DNA of 63,051 nucleotides, filler included, from Pelomyxa schiedti (GCA_020536535.1; 6 parts of 6 records of this genome joined end to end with filler, not necessarily neighbours in it), one strand, 5' to 3'; positions 47,057-58,205 are shown, counted from the whole stretch's first letter. A program made the numbers and translations. Notes: generated from the sequence alone by a model not told the origin.

Positions 47057-48235
47057 ATGCAGCAAAGACGCATAACAATTGACCGGGTGCTCGACGCCCG
47101 AGACCAAGCCCTCACCATGTTGCTCGCTTTGTGCCCGCCACCACCCACAATCCATTCGCGCGGCGCAAACCGCCTCACAAACGACGTGGCGAGGGACTTA
47201 GCCGAGCGCTGGGTGCTCACACCCGTCCGGCGATTCATAGTCCACACCAAGATGGAGTTCTCGACGGTTGTGTCGATCGGGCCCACCCTCGGCGTCGTCA
47301 GCACCAGCGAGACCAACGTCTGGACCCCAAACCACTCGCGGCTGTGCTGGCTGGACCAGCCCCACCGGCTCCTGGCCTACCACCAGACGCCGTACAGACG
47401 CGGCGAACCCCACAGCGGGTTCCCTGCCCCCTGCATCTTCGACTTCTCCCCTCTGTGGGGCCCCAATGTCGACCCCATCCCCTGCCCCCCGGCGCTGCAC
47501 CGCTGGGGCAACCACAAATGGGCCGTGGGGTGGGACCGCGTGCAGCTCTACGTGCAAAGGGTGGATAATAAAACAGCAGACGGGGGGCAGGCGCAGGGGT
47601 TTCCGTGGGTGCCTGTCACAGTCCCTGTGAGGGACACGGAGATGAGAGACCTCGACGTCGTGTTCTCGCACTCTGAGCCTGCCCTCATCGAGGGGGAGGG
47701 CGACGAGGCCTCGATGGTGTTTGGCTTTGTGGGGAGATGCCAGGCTACGACAGACAGGCCCAGGGACACTTTGCTGACGGTGGACCTGGCCAGGAGCTTC
47801 TCTGCTGGGGCACTTGTCGTTGTGAGGGAGCAGGGGTTGCCGTTGAACTGCGACCCATTCATTTTTATGGATGACAGTGGGCACCCCGTGGTGGTGCAGG
47901 AGGGAGGGAGCTGTTCATTTGCTGTGAGCGTCTGGACTGGGGAGAGAACCAAGCTGTGTGACCACATGTACGCCACGAAGGTAAGTGGCCGGCTTGTGAG
48001 AATAGATACGAATGTCTACGACGTGTTCACGGGGAAAGTGTGCCCATTTATTCCAGTTGATGCTCCCTTCCAGCCTCTGATGGACCGTGGCCTGGTGGTG
48101 ACAGCTCCTGCACCCACTCCAGGCTCATTCTGCACATTCCAGTCTGTGATTGACGCACAAACAGGTTGTGTTCTGTGCCGTTGCCCATCCCGACCATCGT
48201 CCCGCCGGACACCCAGCCCCTGGCAATTTATTTAG
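47057..48235 (+). CDS. Tandem-array family member 2 (intronless)
   Basis: Close paralog of 45596-46741; the first ~280 nt are nearly identical. Confidence 0.85.
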   Translation: MQQRRITIDRVLDARDQALTMLLALCPPPPTIHSRGANRLTNDVARDLAERWVLTPVRRFIVHTKMEFSTVVSIGPTLGVVSTSETNVWTPNHSRLCWLDQPHRLLAYHQTPYRRGEPHSGFPAPCIFDFSPLWGPNVDPIPCPPALHRWGNHKWAVGWDRVQLYVQRVDNKTADGGQAQGFPWVPVTVPVRDTEMRDLDVVFSHSEPALIEGEGDEASMVFGFVGRCQATTDRPRDTLLTVDLARSFSAGALVVVREQGLPLNCDPFIFMDDSGHPVVVQEGGSCSFAVSVWTGERTKLCDHMYATKVSGRLVRIDTNVYDVFTGKVCPFIPVDAPFQPLMDRGLVVTAPAPTPGSFCTFQSVIDAQTGCVLCRCPSRPSSRRTPSPWQFI

Positions 48236-48470
48236 AAACGAACGAGAATTTAAATTAACAGATTGACACGGAAGTGATTCGGCTTCTCGCTCCGGTGAAT
48301 TGTTGGCAATGACTTGTACAACACAATGGGAACACTTTCATTGAAGCCACACAACGCATTGCGTACGAGGACCAGTTACAAGGGAGTTGTATTTTTACAG
48401 ATTTCACGGAAACAGTAATTGATTTTGTTGGCCGGCTCCGTCTTTTTTACACAAAATCGAATTGTTTGTC

Positions 48471-49661
48471 ATGCAGAATGGGCACATCACAGTCGAACGG
48501 GTGCTTGACGCACGTGAGCAATACATGGCGATGTACATCGCACTGTGCCCTCCAACACCTTCACCCACAATCCCCTCCAGCGCGCCCGCTCGGCTCACGA
48601 GCGATGTCGTCAGGCTCATCGGTGAGACCTGGGTGCTCACTCCCGCTCGTCGTCTCATTGTTGCCAGTGAATCGCTTCCCCTGGTCGTCGTCTCCATCGG
48701 GCACACGCTGGGCATCATCGGCGCCGACGAGACCGACTTGGTGTGGACCAACAAGCACAGGTTCACGTGCTGGCTGGGCTGCGACAGGATCCTCACTCCC
48801 TACCGTGACCCCCACGACCGCGTGAACTACAACGTGCAGGTCGTTGAATTTAGTTGTGGCGGGCCTGGCAGTCGTATTCGCACCAGGTCAACAACCATAA
48901 TGGAGAGCCTCCTGCTGCCCAATGCCTGGGGGAACCACAAGTGGGTTGTGAGGTTGGCCGATGCCTCAGGCATTATGTCAATCTACCAGATCCAAGGAAG
49001 TGCCGTGGTGGAGGCAAAAGCAAAACCAATGGGCACGTGGGTGCATGTGCCAGATGAAACGGGGCACAGGTGCCGTGTTGTTGATGTTGTGTTCTCCCAT
49101 AATGAGCGTAGACTCATTGGCTTTGGCGACGAGGCATCGGTGCTGGTGGTATTCTCCAAGCGCACCAGGGGGGTCTTGACTGTTGATCTGGCCAAGAGCT
49201 TCTCAACTTCATCAATGGTGGTGGTGAAGGCATGGCCCAGGTGCGAAATTCCACCTGGAGCCCATTGCCACTCCTTGTTCATGGACGACGAAAGTGAGGC
49301 AAGGGTTGTGTACTACTTACCAGCCTTGGAATTACCTTTCTTCTCCAGTGCCTTCGCAATGAACCTCATTACAGGGAAACAAATCCCGATGTGTGAAGAA
49401 TGTTCAGAGATCAAAAAGGCAAATGAGCACCTGGTGCTGCTCGGGGCTGATGCTGGATTCTACAACGTGTTCACAGGCAATTTGTGCGACGAGGTGCCAA
49501 CTGACCTACCCCAGACACTCCTGGATCGTGGTCTGTTCCTCAAGCCCTTGGCACATGTCAACTCAGACCAACATGGAACCTCAGATTCGGCAGTGGCGGT
49601 GATTGACGAACTGACAGGCATTACCCTGTGCCTGCTGCCTGCCACACCAACTTTCTTTTAG
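48471..49661 (+). CDS. Tandem-array family member 3 (intronless)
   Basis: Same motif order (VERVLDAREQY..ALCP..RLTSD..WVLTP..WGNHKW..GDEASV..DELTG). Confidence 0.85.
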   Translation: MQNGHITVERVLDAREQYMAMYIALCPPTPSPTIPSSAPARLTSDVVRLIGETWVLTPARRLIVASESLPLVVVSIGHTLGIIGADETDLVWTNKHRFTCWLGCDRILTPYRDPHDRVNYNVQVVEFSCGGPGSRIRTRSTTIMESLLLPNAWGNHKWVVRLADASGIMSIYQIQGSAVVEAKAKPMGTWVHVPDETGHRCRVVDVVFSHNERRLIGFGDEASVLVVFSKRTRGVLTVDLAKSFSTSSMVVVKAWPRCEIPPGAHCHSLFMDDESEARVVYYLPALELPFFSSAFAMNLITGKQIPMCEECSEIKKANEHLVLLGADAGFYNVFTGNLCDEVPTDLPQTLLDRGLFLKPLAHVNSDQHGTSDSAVAVIDELTGITLCLLPATPTFF

Positions 49662-49746
49662 CCCTTCAACTCGAGTTTCTCAAAGAAACTTCCAGAACAA
49701 ACACCGAGTAGAAAATAATGGTCTGTCGATTGTTTTATTCACCCAA

Positions 49747-50991
49747 ATGAACAAGGAAGGCACGCCCGCGACGATCGAACGTGTGATCGACGCCAAGGAG
49801 CAATTCATTGCGTTGTGTCTCGCACTGTGCCCGACACCACCAGCACCCACAATCCCGTCGCGCACGCCACCTCGCCTCACAAACGACTTGGTGAGGTCCA
49901 TCGGGGAGCAGTGGGTGCTCGCCCCCGTCCGTCGTTTCATTGCCTCGAGTGCATCGCGTCCCCCCCACCACGTCGTCGTCTCCGTCGGCCACACGCTCGG
50001 GATCGTCGGCGCCGACGATGCCGGCGGGTGGTGGACCAGCGACCACACGTTTATCTGCCAGCTGGGCTGCGACCGGGTTCTCGCGTACTACGAGGATCCC
50101 AACGACCTCTCCCTGAGCCAGTTGCAGGTCGTGGACTTGTCCGACTCCAGGGGTGGCAGCATCAAGGTATCACCCATTCACGACCGGATGCCTGCTGGAG
50201 TTTGGGGGAACCATAAGTGGGTTGTGGAGTGGGACACTGGCGTTATGTCGCTTTACCGCATCCAAAGTGCTGCTGCTGTGCAGGTGGCATCCTCACCACC
50301 GGCGAATTTGCAAGCAACGTCGCCAGATCCGCCAGGCAGCTGGGCGGCGGTGAGTGTGCCCAGTGAACTGGGAAGCCAGGCTGACGTTGTGTTCTCCCAC
50401 AATGAGCCACCTGGACTCGTTGGGTTTGGTGATGAGGCATCAGTGCTGGTGAAATGTGGTGGTGAAAGCGACGGCGTTGGAATGAGGGTGCTGACAGTCG
50501 ACCTGGAGAAGAGCTTCTCGACGTCGTCAATGGTGGTGGTGAGGGTTGGCCCAGCGTGCACCATTCCAAAGGGTACCTATTGGAGCCCCTTCCTGTTCAT
50601 GGACCATCAAAGTGGTGAGGCAAAGGTGGTGTTCCATGGGAAAAGGGTAGAAAAGGGCCTGCGGGGCTCCAGTGTGGTTGCTGGGAGCATCAGAACAGGC
50701 AATCAAATCAAGCTGTGCGATGACTGCATGCAGACAAACAAGGCAAATGATCATCTGGTGCGGATTGGCCATGTTGGTGCCGCCGCTGTTCGTTCATTCA
50801 AGTTCTACAACGTGTTCACAGGGAACCTGATGCCAACTGAAAGATTCCAGACCCTCCTGAATCGCGGTCTGATCCTCAAGCCTGTCCCACACCAACAAGG
50901 CACATCAGATAAGGAGCTAGTTGTGGCTGTGATTGACGAACAGACAGGTGTGACCCTGTGCCTGTGCCCTGCTTCATCAAGTTTATTCTAA
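49747..50991 (+). CDS. Tandem-array family member 4 (414 aa, intronless)
   Basis: Same motif order (IERVIDAKEQF..ALCP..RLTNDL..WVLAP..WGNHKW..DEQTG). Confidence 0.85.
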   Translation: MNKEGTPATIERVIDAKEQFIALCLALCPTPPAPTIPSRTPPRLTNDLVRSIGEQWVLAPVRRFIASSASRPPHHVVVSVGHTLGIVGADDAGGWWTSDHTFICQLGCDRVLAYYEDPNDLSLSQLQVVDLSDSRGGSIKVSPIHDRMPAGVWGNHKWVVEWDTGVMSLYRIQSAAAVQVASSPPANLQATSPDPPGSWAAVSVPSELGSQADVVFSHNEPPGLVGFGDEASVLVKCGGESDGVGMRVLTVDLEKSFSTSSMVVVRVGPACTIPKGTYWSPFLFMDHQSGEAKVVFHGKRVEKGLRGSSVVAGSIRTGNQIKLCDDCMQTNKANDHLVRIGHVGAAAVRSFKFYNVFTGNLMPTERFQTLLNRGLILKPVPHQQGTSDKELVVAVIDEQTGVTLCLCPASSSLF

Positions 50992-51133
50992 GTACCAGAA
51001 ATAAAACAAGTTTGAATGACATTGGGGTGATTCTTTTGTTCCTCTGAAAAAGGAATCAACATTCACCGTGCACCGTGACAGAGAGTTAAAGTGTTGAGCT
51101 AACTGTGATCAAGCTTACAGAAAACAAACAAGA

Positions 51134-51401
51134 ATGATCAAACGTGTGATCGACGCCAAGGGGCAATTCATTGCAATGTGTGTCGCACTGTGCCCGACAC
51201 CCACAATCCCATCGCGCGCACCACCTCGCCTCACAAACGACTTGGTGAGGTCCATCGGTGAGCGTTGGGTGCTCGCTCCCGCCCGCCGCTTCTTCGTCGC
51301 GGCTGCCGGCGCGCCGCCCCCCGGGGTCGTCGTCTCCGTCGGCCACACGCTCGGCATCATCGGCACCGACAGCGCCGACGCGGCGTGGTGGACCGACTGC
51401 A
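51134..51401 (+). CDS. Tandem-array family member 5 (5' part, cut at scaffold end)
   Basis: KRVIDAKGQFIAMCVALCP..RLTNDLVRSIGERWVLAP, closest to member 4. Confidence 0.8.
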
Positions 51402-51501
51402 NNNNNNNNNNNNNNNNNNNNNNNNNNNNNNNNNNNNNNNNNNNNTTAATTAATTAANNNNNNNNNNNNNNNNNNNNNNNNNNNNNNNNNNNNNNNNNNN
51501 N
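51402..51501. other. Artificial contig linker
   Basis: N-TTAATTAATTAA-N. Confidence 0.97.
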
Positions 51502-51967
51502 CCAGGCCGTTCCTTCACCTGGGGTGTATGTATCCCACTCTCTCAAGTAACGAAACTACTCCTTTTGGCAGATGAGGAAGGACAACGAGTGTGACTGGGT
51601 GTTTATTGGAGTTGCAGAGGAATGTTCACTTTGCATTCATGCCTATGGTGCTGATTCACATGCGTGGGGTGTTGCCTTCTCAGAAGAAGAAGGCGTTCAC
51701 AAGGTATGTGGACGTTCTAGTCTTCACTCCCTCCTTACTTTGAACAAGGCACACAACGAACGTGGTGAGCTTTTGACACACAAGAACATCGAGCAAGGGG
51801 ATGTTGTGTGGATCACAGCCAGATACAATGAAAGCAGTACGCTGTCAGTGTCGTTTCGTGTGAACAACGAACCCGAACTGTGTTGTTGGAGTGACCCTGC
51901 AATGCAGAACCTCACTCTCTTCCCCTCAATCACCCTTGGTCCACCTGCCACATTCACCATTATCTAA
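51502..51967 (+). CDS. 3' end of a SPRY/B30.2-like domain protein
   Basis: FTWG..DWVFIGVA..G.DSHAWG..QGDVV..VSFRVN..LFPSITL follows the SPRY pattern; two short introns. Confidence 0.6.
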
Positions 51968-52422
51968 TGTAATCGTGTGTGAAATTGAAAGCTTTGAACC
52001 AAAACAAAGCCAAAAAAACTAAACTAAAACAGTAACAAAGGTGGTGATTATATTGAATAAAAGCAAAGGTCTCTAACAGTTCTAAACAGTGTGGTGATGT
52101 CACTGCCACTGCTGATAGAACTATAGCCGATCTGGTCCGGTTTGGGTGAGTGTGATTTGGGTCTGCTGGATGTGGGTTCTGAAACGGCCTACAGTCCGTA
52201 AACACAATAGGCTTACCTCCAATCAAATGAATTGGTCACAAGAGACTGCGTGCAGTGATTCGAGTATGCTATGAGTTACAAGTGATGATTCTGTGATTCC
52301 CCTAAATCAATGGGCTTTTGATTCGTATTTTCTGTTGGTGAGACACAACAACAGATGTGTCTGTGTATGTGGAGAACACATCTGGGATATGGGAGTAAGA
52401 GAACGAACGGCGGGCAACAGAG

Positions 52423-52755
52423 ATGGAGGGAGGGGAAAAGACAACCATTTCATCTTCACTCTCTCTTTGTTTACACCCTCATTTCAATTGCACCTGGCAA
52501 GTTCTCCTTACCTACCACGGAGGGAACTCTTTTTTGAACTTACACATTGGAAGTGAGTGGTCACTGACCCAGTTCATAACCCTCAGCATCAACAGATCAA
52601 ATCAACTTCCACAGGTTGTTGGAGGCAGTGGGTTCCTGATTATGTTAAGTGGAAACAAGGTGACCATGATGGAGGCACTCTCAGGTGTCATTGTGCTCAC
52701 CATGGAGACCTCTTCTGACATTGAGTGGCTCAACACTGGCTCCTCCTTGTTGTGA
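52423..52755 (+). pseudogene. C-terminal remnant of the expanded family
   Basis: GGSGFLIMLSGNKVTMMEALSGVIVLTM resembles the family C-terminus; the upstream part is not open. Confidence 0.4.
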
Positions 52756-52968
52756 TTGGCCTTAAGAAGAAGTGCCATTCCAAAATAATTGGCAAGCCTG
52801 CTTAAAATTGGTTCGGGACTTAGGGTCAGCCCTCAGAGAAGAGCTTTTCACATAAACCATCATCATGTAGGGTCTGACGACCGCCAACTTTTTGTGGCCC
52901 GCGATCGCGTGTTGACTTACCCTCTCGCGAGTTGTGTGGGACATGGTGGTGCATAACTGGTTCACGCT

Positions 52969-53657
52969 GGCGCACTTTGTGTTTCATTGTCTCAAAGTGC
53001 GCCTGAGCGGACATTGAACACAAAGTGCGCCAAATGCACTTTGGCGAACCGACTCTGAAAAACCACGTGACACAAAGTGCGCCGCGGCGCATGTGTCATG
53101 TCACTTTTATGTGGATTTCTTCGATGTACCAAAAACGATGTTTTTTGACTGGGCCAACGACATGACACAAAGTGCGCCATGGAACTATGTACATAGAGCC
53201 GTACTACTGGCAACCATGGGAACCAACACCAGAGGGAGAACGAAGCCAATCAGATTAGATATGTTTTCTGTGAATGTCAACTGAGTTTCAGATTGGATTT
53301 GGGAAGAGGGCTGGTTCTCCCTCCCACAACAACCGAACAACGCACCAACAACGGGAATATGTACCCATTGTTATGGGGCGTACAATGACACCACTGCCAA
53401 CAGTGGGAACCAACACCAGACCGAGAACAAGACCCATCAAAAAAATCGATTTTTATCCAAAAAAAAAATCGATGTGGTTCTTGCTGTTGTGTGGTCACAC
53501 CGCAGTGAGTGATGTGGTTGCGTGTTGAGCAAAGGGGTCTCCAGTCTGGTGGTTTTTGTGCCAAACGGTTGCTGTCGGGCCAAGAACGACGACCCTTTTC
53601 ATCGGCACGAATCACCAAATTACTTTTTGATAAGTGTGCCAACGGCGCACTTTGTGT
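52969..53657. repeat. Cluster of (A)CACAAAGTGCGCC motifs in both orientations, forming hairpins
   Basis: Forward copies at 52993, 53018, 53069, 53164; reverse copies at 52969, 53644; partial reverse at 53035. Also an imperfect ~45-bp direct repeat (TGGGAACCAACACCAGA) at ~53217 and ~53404. Confidence 0.85.
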
Positions 53658-53816
53658 TTTGGAAGAGGACTTTTCACTGGTACACAGATCCCATCCACCA
53701 CGACAAGCATGGCTAAAAACCCACCAGGACTATTATTACTCTTTTTGCCAAAGAAAAGGCACAAGAGGGACCTTGTTTTTTTTCTGGCTGACTGCCAGCC
53801 TGCTTGTGGCATTGCC

Positions 53817-56800
53817 TTATCGGAAGTTTTTCTGTATCTGTCGGTACAGAATTGTGGGATTGCCAAAAGAGGGGCATAGCACCTGGATCAGTAGGTCCTC
53901 GAGTGTTGGCCTTGTTGATGCTGCACTGGGGCCGTTATCGTAAAGGTCCCCGGTGTTTTGCAGTAGGTACCACTCACTGTCAGAGTATATGTGTGTATTT
54001 GATTGCTGTGGAGCCAGAGGTGGGTTCTGCTCATAATAAGGAATTCCCATGTGTTCAGCCCAAATTCCGCGTTCTCCCGGCTGGCGGTGCCCGATTCTAA
54101 TGTGCTGGACAATATTGGCTACGGAAATAGTGGCTACATAGAAAGCATTCTTTGAATCTGAGCAGCGGATGAGGATTGTGTTCTGTGACAGCCCTCCAGA
54201 AACTAGACTTTCACAGTGGTTTCGAGAGTGCAAGCCGTAGAACCAACTTTAAAAAAGAATAAGGCAGGGTTTGGAGATTTAAAGATATTTACCTCGAAGA
54301 TTGCCACATATTAAAAGCATCCATGTCAATCTGACCAGAGTTGAAGTTGGCCCAGTAGGGGTACAACCTTTCCCACCTTGAATGTGTAATGTACTCTTCC
54401 GCTTCGTTACATAGAACTGTAAAGAGTTAGTGGAGCTTATTAAATTTGTGGTGTAGTACTGATGTCTTTCATGTCACAGACGTCGATGTGCAACACTTCA
54501 AGGCAGCACTGCGCGAAACAGACCCATGAAACTTGGGTGGCACAGCTCCACTTTTGAGACCACAGCTGGTCAATATTGTAAACAGTCGGAGTCATAGGGC
54601 GGAGGGAAGGGTTCCAGGTAATGTTGGCGGAGACCTCTGGCGTACTTTCCGAAACAACGAAATTTGGTATTTCTGGGTTTTGGTCAGACACGAAGGAAAT
54701 GGGGGTTTTTACTGTAAAAAATGTTTGGTGTCCGATATCGCTGGTGAGATTCGTCCCACTCATATTGAGAGACAGTGTACGTAATTTTCGTCACTGCGAT
54801 CTGTGCCAATAGAACCGGCATGGGCGAGCGTTCACCTGGTTCTACTGTGTTATTAGTAGGTTTTCAAAGCAGCCAAGTTGCTTCAAACCTATTTTCGAAA
54901 TAGTGAGCCACCCATCTGTAAGTGGCACTGAAGTTCTTAATGAAGTGGAGGGTTTCCGCTCAGTAATTTGGAGTTTCTTCAGTTTGTAGAGCTGGGGATC
55001 ATAAATAGGTTTGAAAACCTTCACTCCCCTTGGGAGCCCAAGTGGGTTGCTCATGTCGGGCGCAAAAAGGGGTTCCAGCTGTTTCTTTAGACTTGCCTTC
55101 TGCCTCTGTTCTGCAGAGGAGTAGGACTTTGGCACAGGCTGCATGGTAGCCTGCAGAGTGGCAAGCCTCTCATTCACAGATGGGAAGGAAAGAGGAAGGG
55201 GAGTCTCCAAATTTCCGCCAAAACTGTCTTGTTGTTGTGACGCTGCCATGGATTCCTGTTGTCGCTGCAAAATCTCACAGAGGCGTGTAACTTCCTGTAC
55301 ACTCTGAGAGGAAGACCCAGTGTTCGCGAATGGAGACACTTGAGGGAGGTCCGGCCGGTGCACCTCGTGAAACTCGGCCGAGGGACTATTGTCGAGTACT
55401 TTCTTGACAAGCTCGTCCAGTGTGTCAGCAACTTTGTTGGAGTTCACAATGTAGTACTGACCTCCCATGCCGTATTTGCTTGGCGGAATTGGTTCAAGCA
55501 CCGGGGTACCGCCTGTCCAGTAGTGGGTATCTCCAGGGCGGCAATGGCCAATGCTCATGTGGTATATACATCTTTGGGAATATGAGATATGTAATTGGGG
55601 GAGTCGCACACATACAATTTTGCTTTGAACGACAAGTCAAACAAAGATGGCTCAATCTCACTCAATCTCATCAGCCACAAAAATGTATTTGGGCTCCGTT
55701 CTGCATCCGCTTTTGCTGTTTGATGGGCCAGATATAAGCGGGAATCAGCCTGAAATTTGGATATGACACCATGGAACCACCTTGTGTTCATGTTAGTTCA
55801 TAAGAAAAACGAAGGGAATTCACAAACCGCGCCGTTTTCCACAACTCAATTGCAGCCTTTTTTTCGATTGTTAATTATTGTAACGGTTTAAGGAGGGGGT
55901 TCATACAGCATCACAAAATATGTATTTATCTCTGGCATGCACTAAGTGGTTTGCTAGTCCATACCACAGCTTCTTGGGAACAGTGTTTTCTGGGCCACAA
56001 ACTGTATATATTAACTTACAGGATTTCAAAGAAAGGAAAATACCAAGAGCTTTGAGAGGTGTGAGATCCTGATTGAAGTCATGCCGAAACTTGTCAACCA
56101 AGGTTCCCCAATTCAACATGGTATCTACACATAACTCGTTCCAAACTCTTTCAGCCCAGTTGGCAACCATGGCATTTGGTAAATACAACTCAAATCTTAT
56201 CCCTGTGAACTTGATGTTCCTTGGATTTATGGAAAGGTCAGTGGGTGAGGCTCGAAATGATTCGCACGGCCGTGATGCTGCCATGGATTCCTGTTGTCGT
56301 TGCAAAATCTCACGGAGGCGCATAACTTCCTGTACACTCTGAGAGGAAGGCCCAGTGTTCACGAACGGAGAGACTTGAGGGACTGCTTGTTGAACGACTT
56401 TAGGAGGAGACATAAAAAGAGGTGGGATTGCTTGTTGTTGTTGCAGTGACAAGCCGGCAGTAACTATTCAAAGTCAGTTTCAAAAGCACACTTGAATTGT
56501 ACGCACTGATAACCCAAGGTGTTTCCCACCAAATGTTCTCATGAAAGACAAGGACTCTCAAGAAAAGCTTGTGGGAAGTGGTATTTCGTTTAGTAACAGT
56601 CAAGTTTCCCAGTCTGACTTGTGAAGGGATGCCAGACAAGGCTTTTAGGAGGTTAGGTGGCTGTATGTCCATCATAAATAAACATTTTATTTTATTTTTA
56701 GTATGTTAAAAAAGAGCACAACGTACGTCGCTGAGTGAGCCACCAGCTGTCAGACAAGGCAATCCTAGGTTCCTGTGGCGGGAAGTTCACAATCACAAGC

Positions 56801-57300
56801 TCGTATTCTTTCCAATCTCGGTGAGCGTAGGTGCGCAACCACTGCCTCTCAGGCTCCCGGTCCTGTTGCTCACGATCAGGAGTCATCCCTTCGTCCCGCA
56901 CCCCAGTTTCCGAATTCATAGTACCGCTACTAGCAGCACCATTCCCCTGCTGTGCGCCACCACCGCCATGCATCAACGCCATAAGGTGGGCCTTGGCTTT
57001 CACTGAAACCACGCACGGCGCAGAGGGGGCCGACACAGATAGCCCTGTTTTCTTGTCGAGCCCCACCATCGGGATCTTGAACTTCATCGCGCAGTGCTGA
57101 TGCTGCCGCAGCGCCGCCACCCCTTGCTGCTGCTGCTCCTGGGGATCTACGGGGAGTGGGGCGGGCGGGCGGTGGGGAATGGGAGCCCACGAGGTCCTGG
57201 AGGACACGTGCGCGTTTATCCTGGAGAAAATGGGGTGCAAGAGGCCGGTGGTGTTGCTGTTGTTGTTCACGTCGCCCCCTGTGTGCCGTTGTACGTTCAT
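53817..57300 (-). CDS. Protein with two SH2 domains, each preceded by a helical linker; putative N-terminal STAT/p53-like beta-sandwich; multi-exon
   Basis: SH2-1: WFHGVISKFQADSRL..WLMRLSEIEPSLFDLSF..IYHMSIGH..TLDELV. SH2-2: WFYGLHSRNHCESLV..ILIRCSDSKNAFYVA..VQHIRIGH..TLEDLL. Confidence 0.78.
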
Positions 57301-57989
57301 AGGGAGCTGCGGTAAACTTAAAATGAAAACTTTTAATCGGAAATACAACAGTTCTGGAGAGCGAGTTGATTACAGTGATCGCACCCAATTTAGGCCTAAA
57401 TTTCGTCGGATCAGAACAAAAGTTGGGGGAAAATGAACCAAATATCTTTTCAATTTGATAATTCAAGTTACCGGAAACTAATCTCAAAGGACCGCCCCCG
57501 ACTGCTTTTAGGGGTCCAAGGAGTATGGAAAATACTTCTCTGTTGACACTGACGTTGGTGTGTAGACAACACACAATTCTGGTGGTTCTTGGGCTTGTTG
57601 TTGGCCCTTCCCCCTTCGGAGGGTTTCAGTGGAAGTTTACAAGAAAGAAAACTGATGGTTGATGTAAACGGACTCAGGAAGGAGGTACTTTTACAAGCCT
57701 TTCACACAAGTGTTGGGCAAGCAACACTCAATTCAAACTGTTATCTAGCTTAAAAACGTGCGATAGTGGACTTAAGGGGGTTCTATTTTCTTCGTAAACA
57801 CTTTATTCTAAGGGTGATGGTGATGTCATATCTATTGTGGCCTAACAGATCTTCCTCAGGGTCCCCCAAGTGTCCCTTTAGCTCCCTTAAGAGATATCAC
57901 ACACTCCCCCCTCATCTTACATGCTTCGTGGTATGCCCCCTTTCACCCCCCTCGTCACTCACAGGCCCAGAGGTAGTGGGATGGAGATC

Positions 57990-58089
57990 NNNNNNNNNNN
58001 NNNNNNNNNNNNNNNNNNNNNNNNNNNNNNNNNTTAATTAATTAANNNNNNNNNNNNNNNNNNNNNNNNNNNNNNNNNNNNNNNNNNNN
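57990..58089. other. Artificial contig linker
   Basis: N-TTAATTAATTAA-N. Confidence 0.97.
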
Positions 58090-58205
58090 GGCTCTCTCTT
58101 TCTCACAGACTCCTTCCTTCGATTCCTGCCTGTACCCCGGCCGCAAAACATCAACAAATCGCCGCAAAATCAGACTAAAATTTCTGTTTTTCTTCCACAC
58201 CGGTG

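Noticed and set aside
52969-53178. CRISPR-like array
   Set aside because: Repeats are only 11-15 bp, in mixed orientation and irregularly spaced, in a eukaryotic context with no cas genes.
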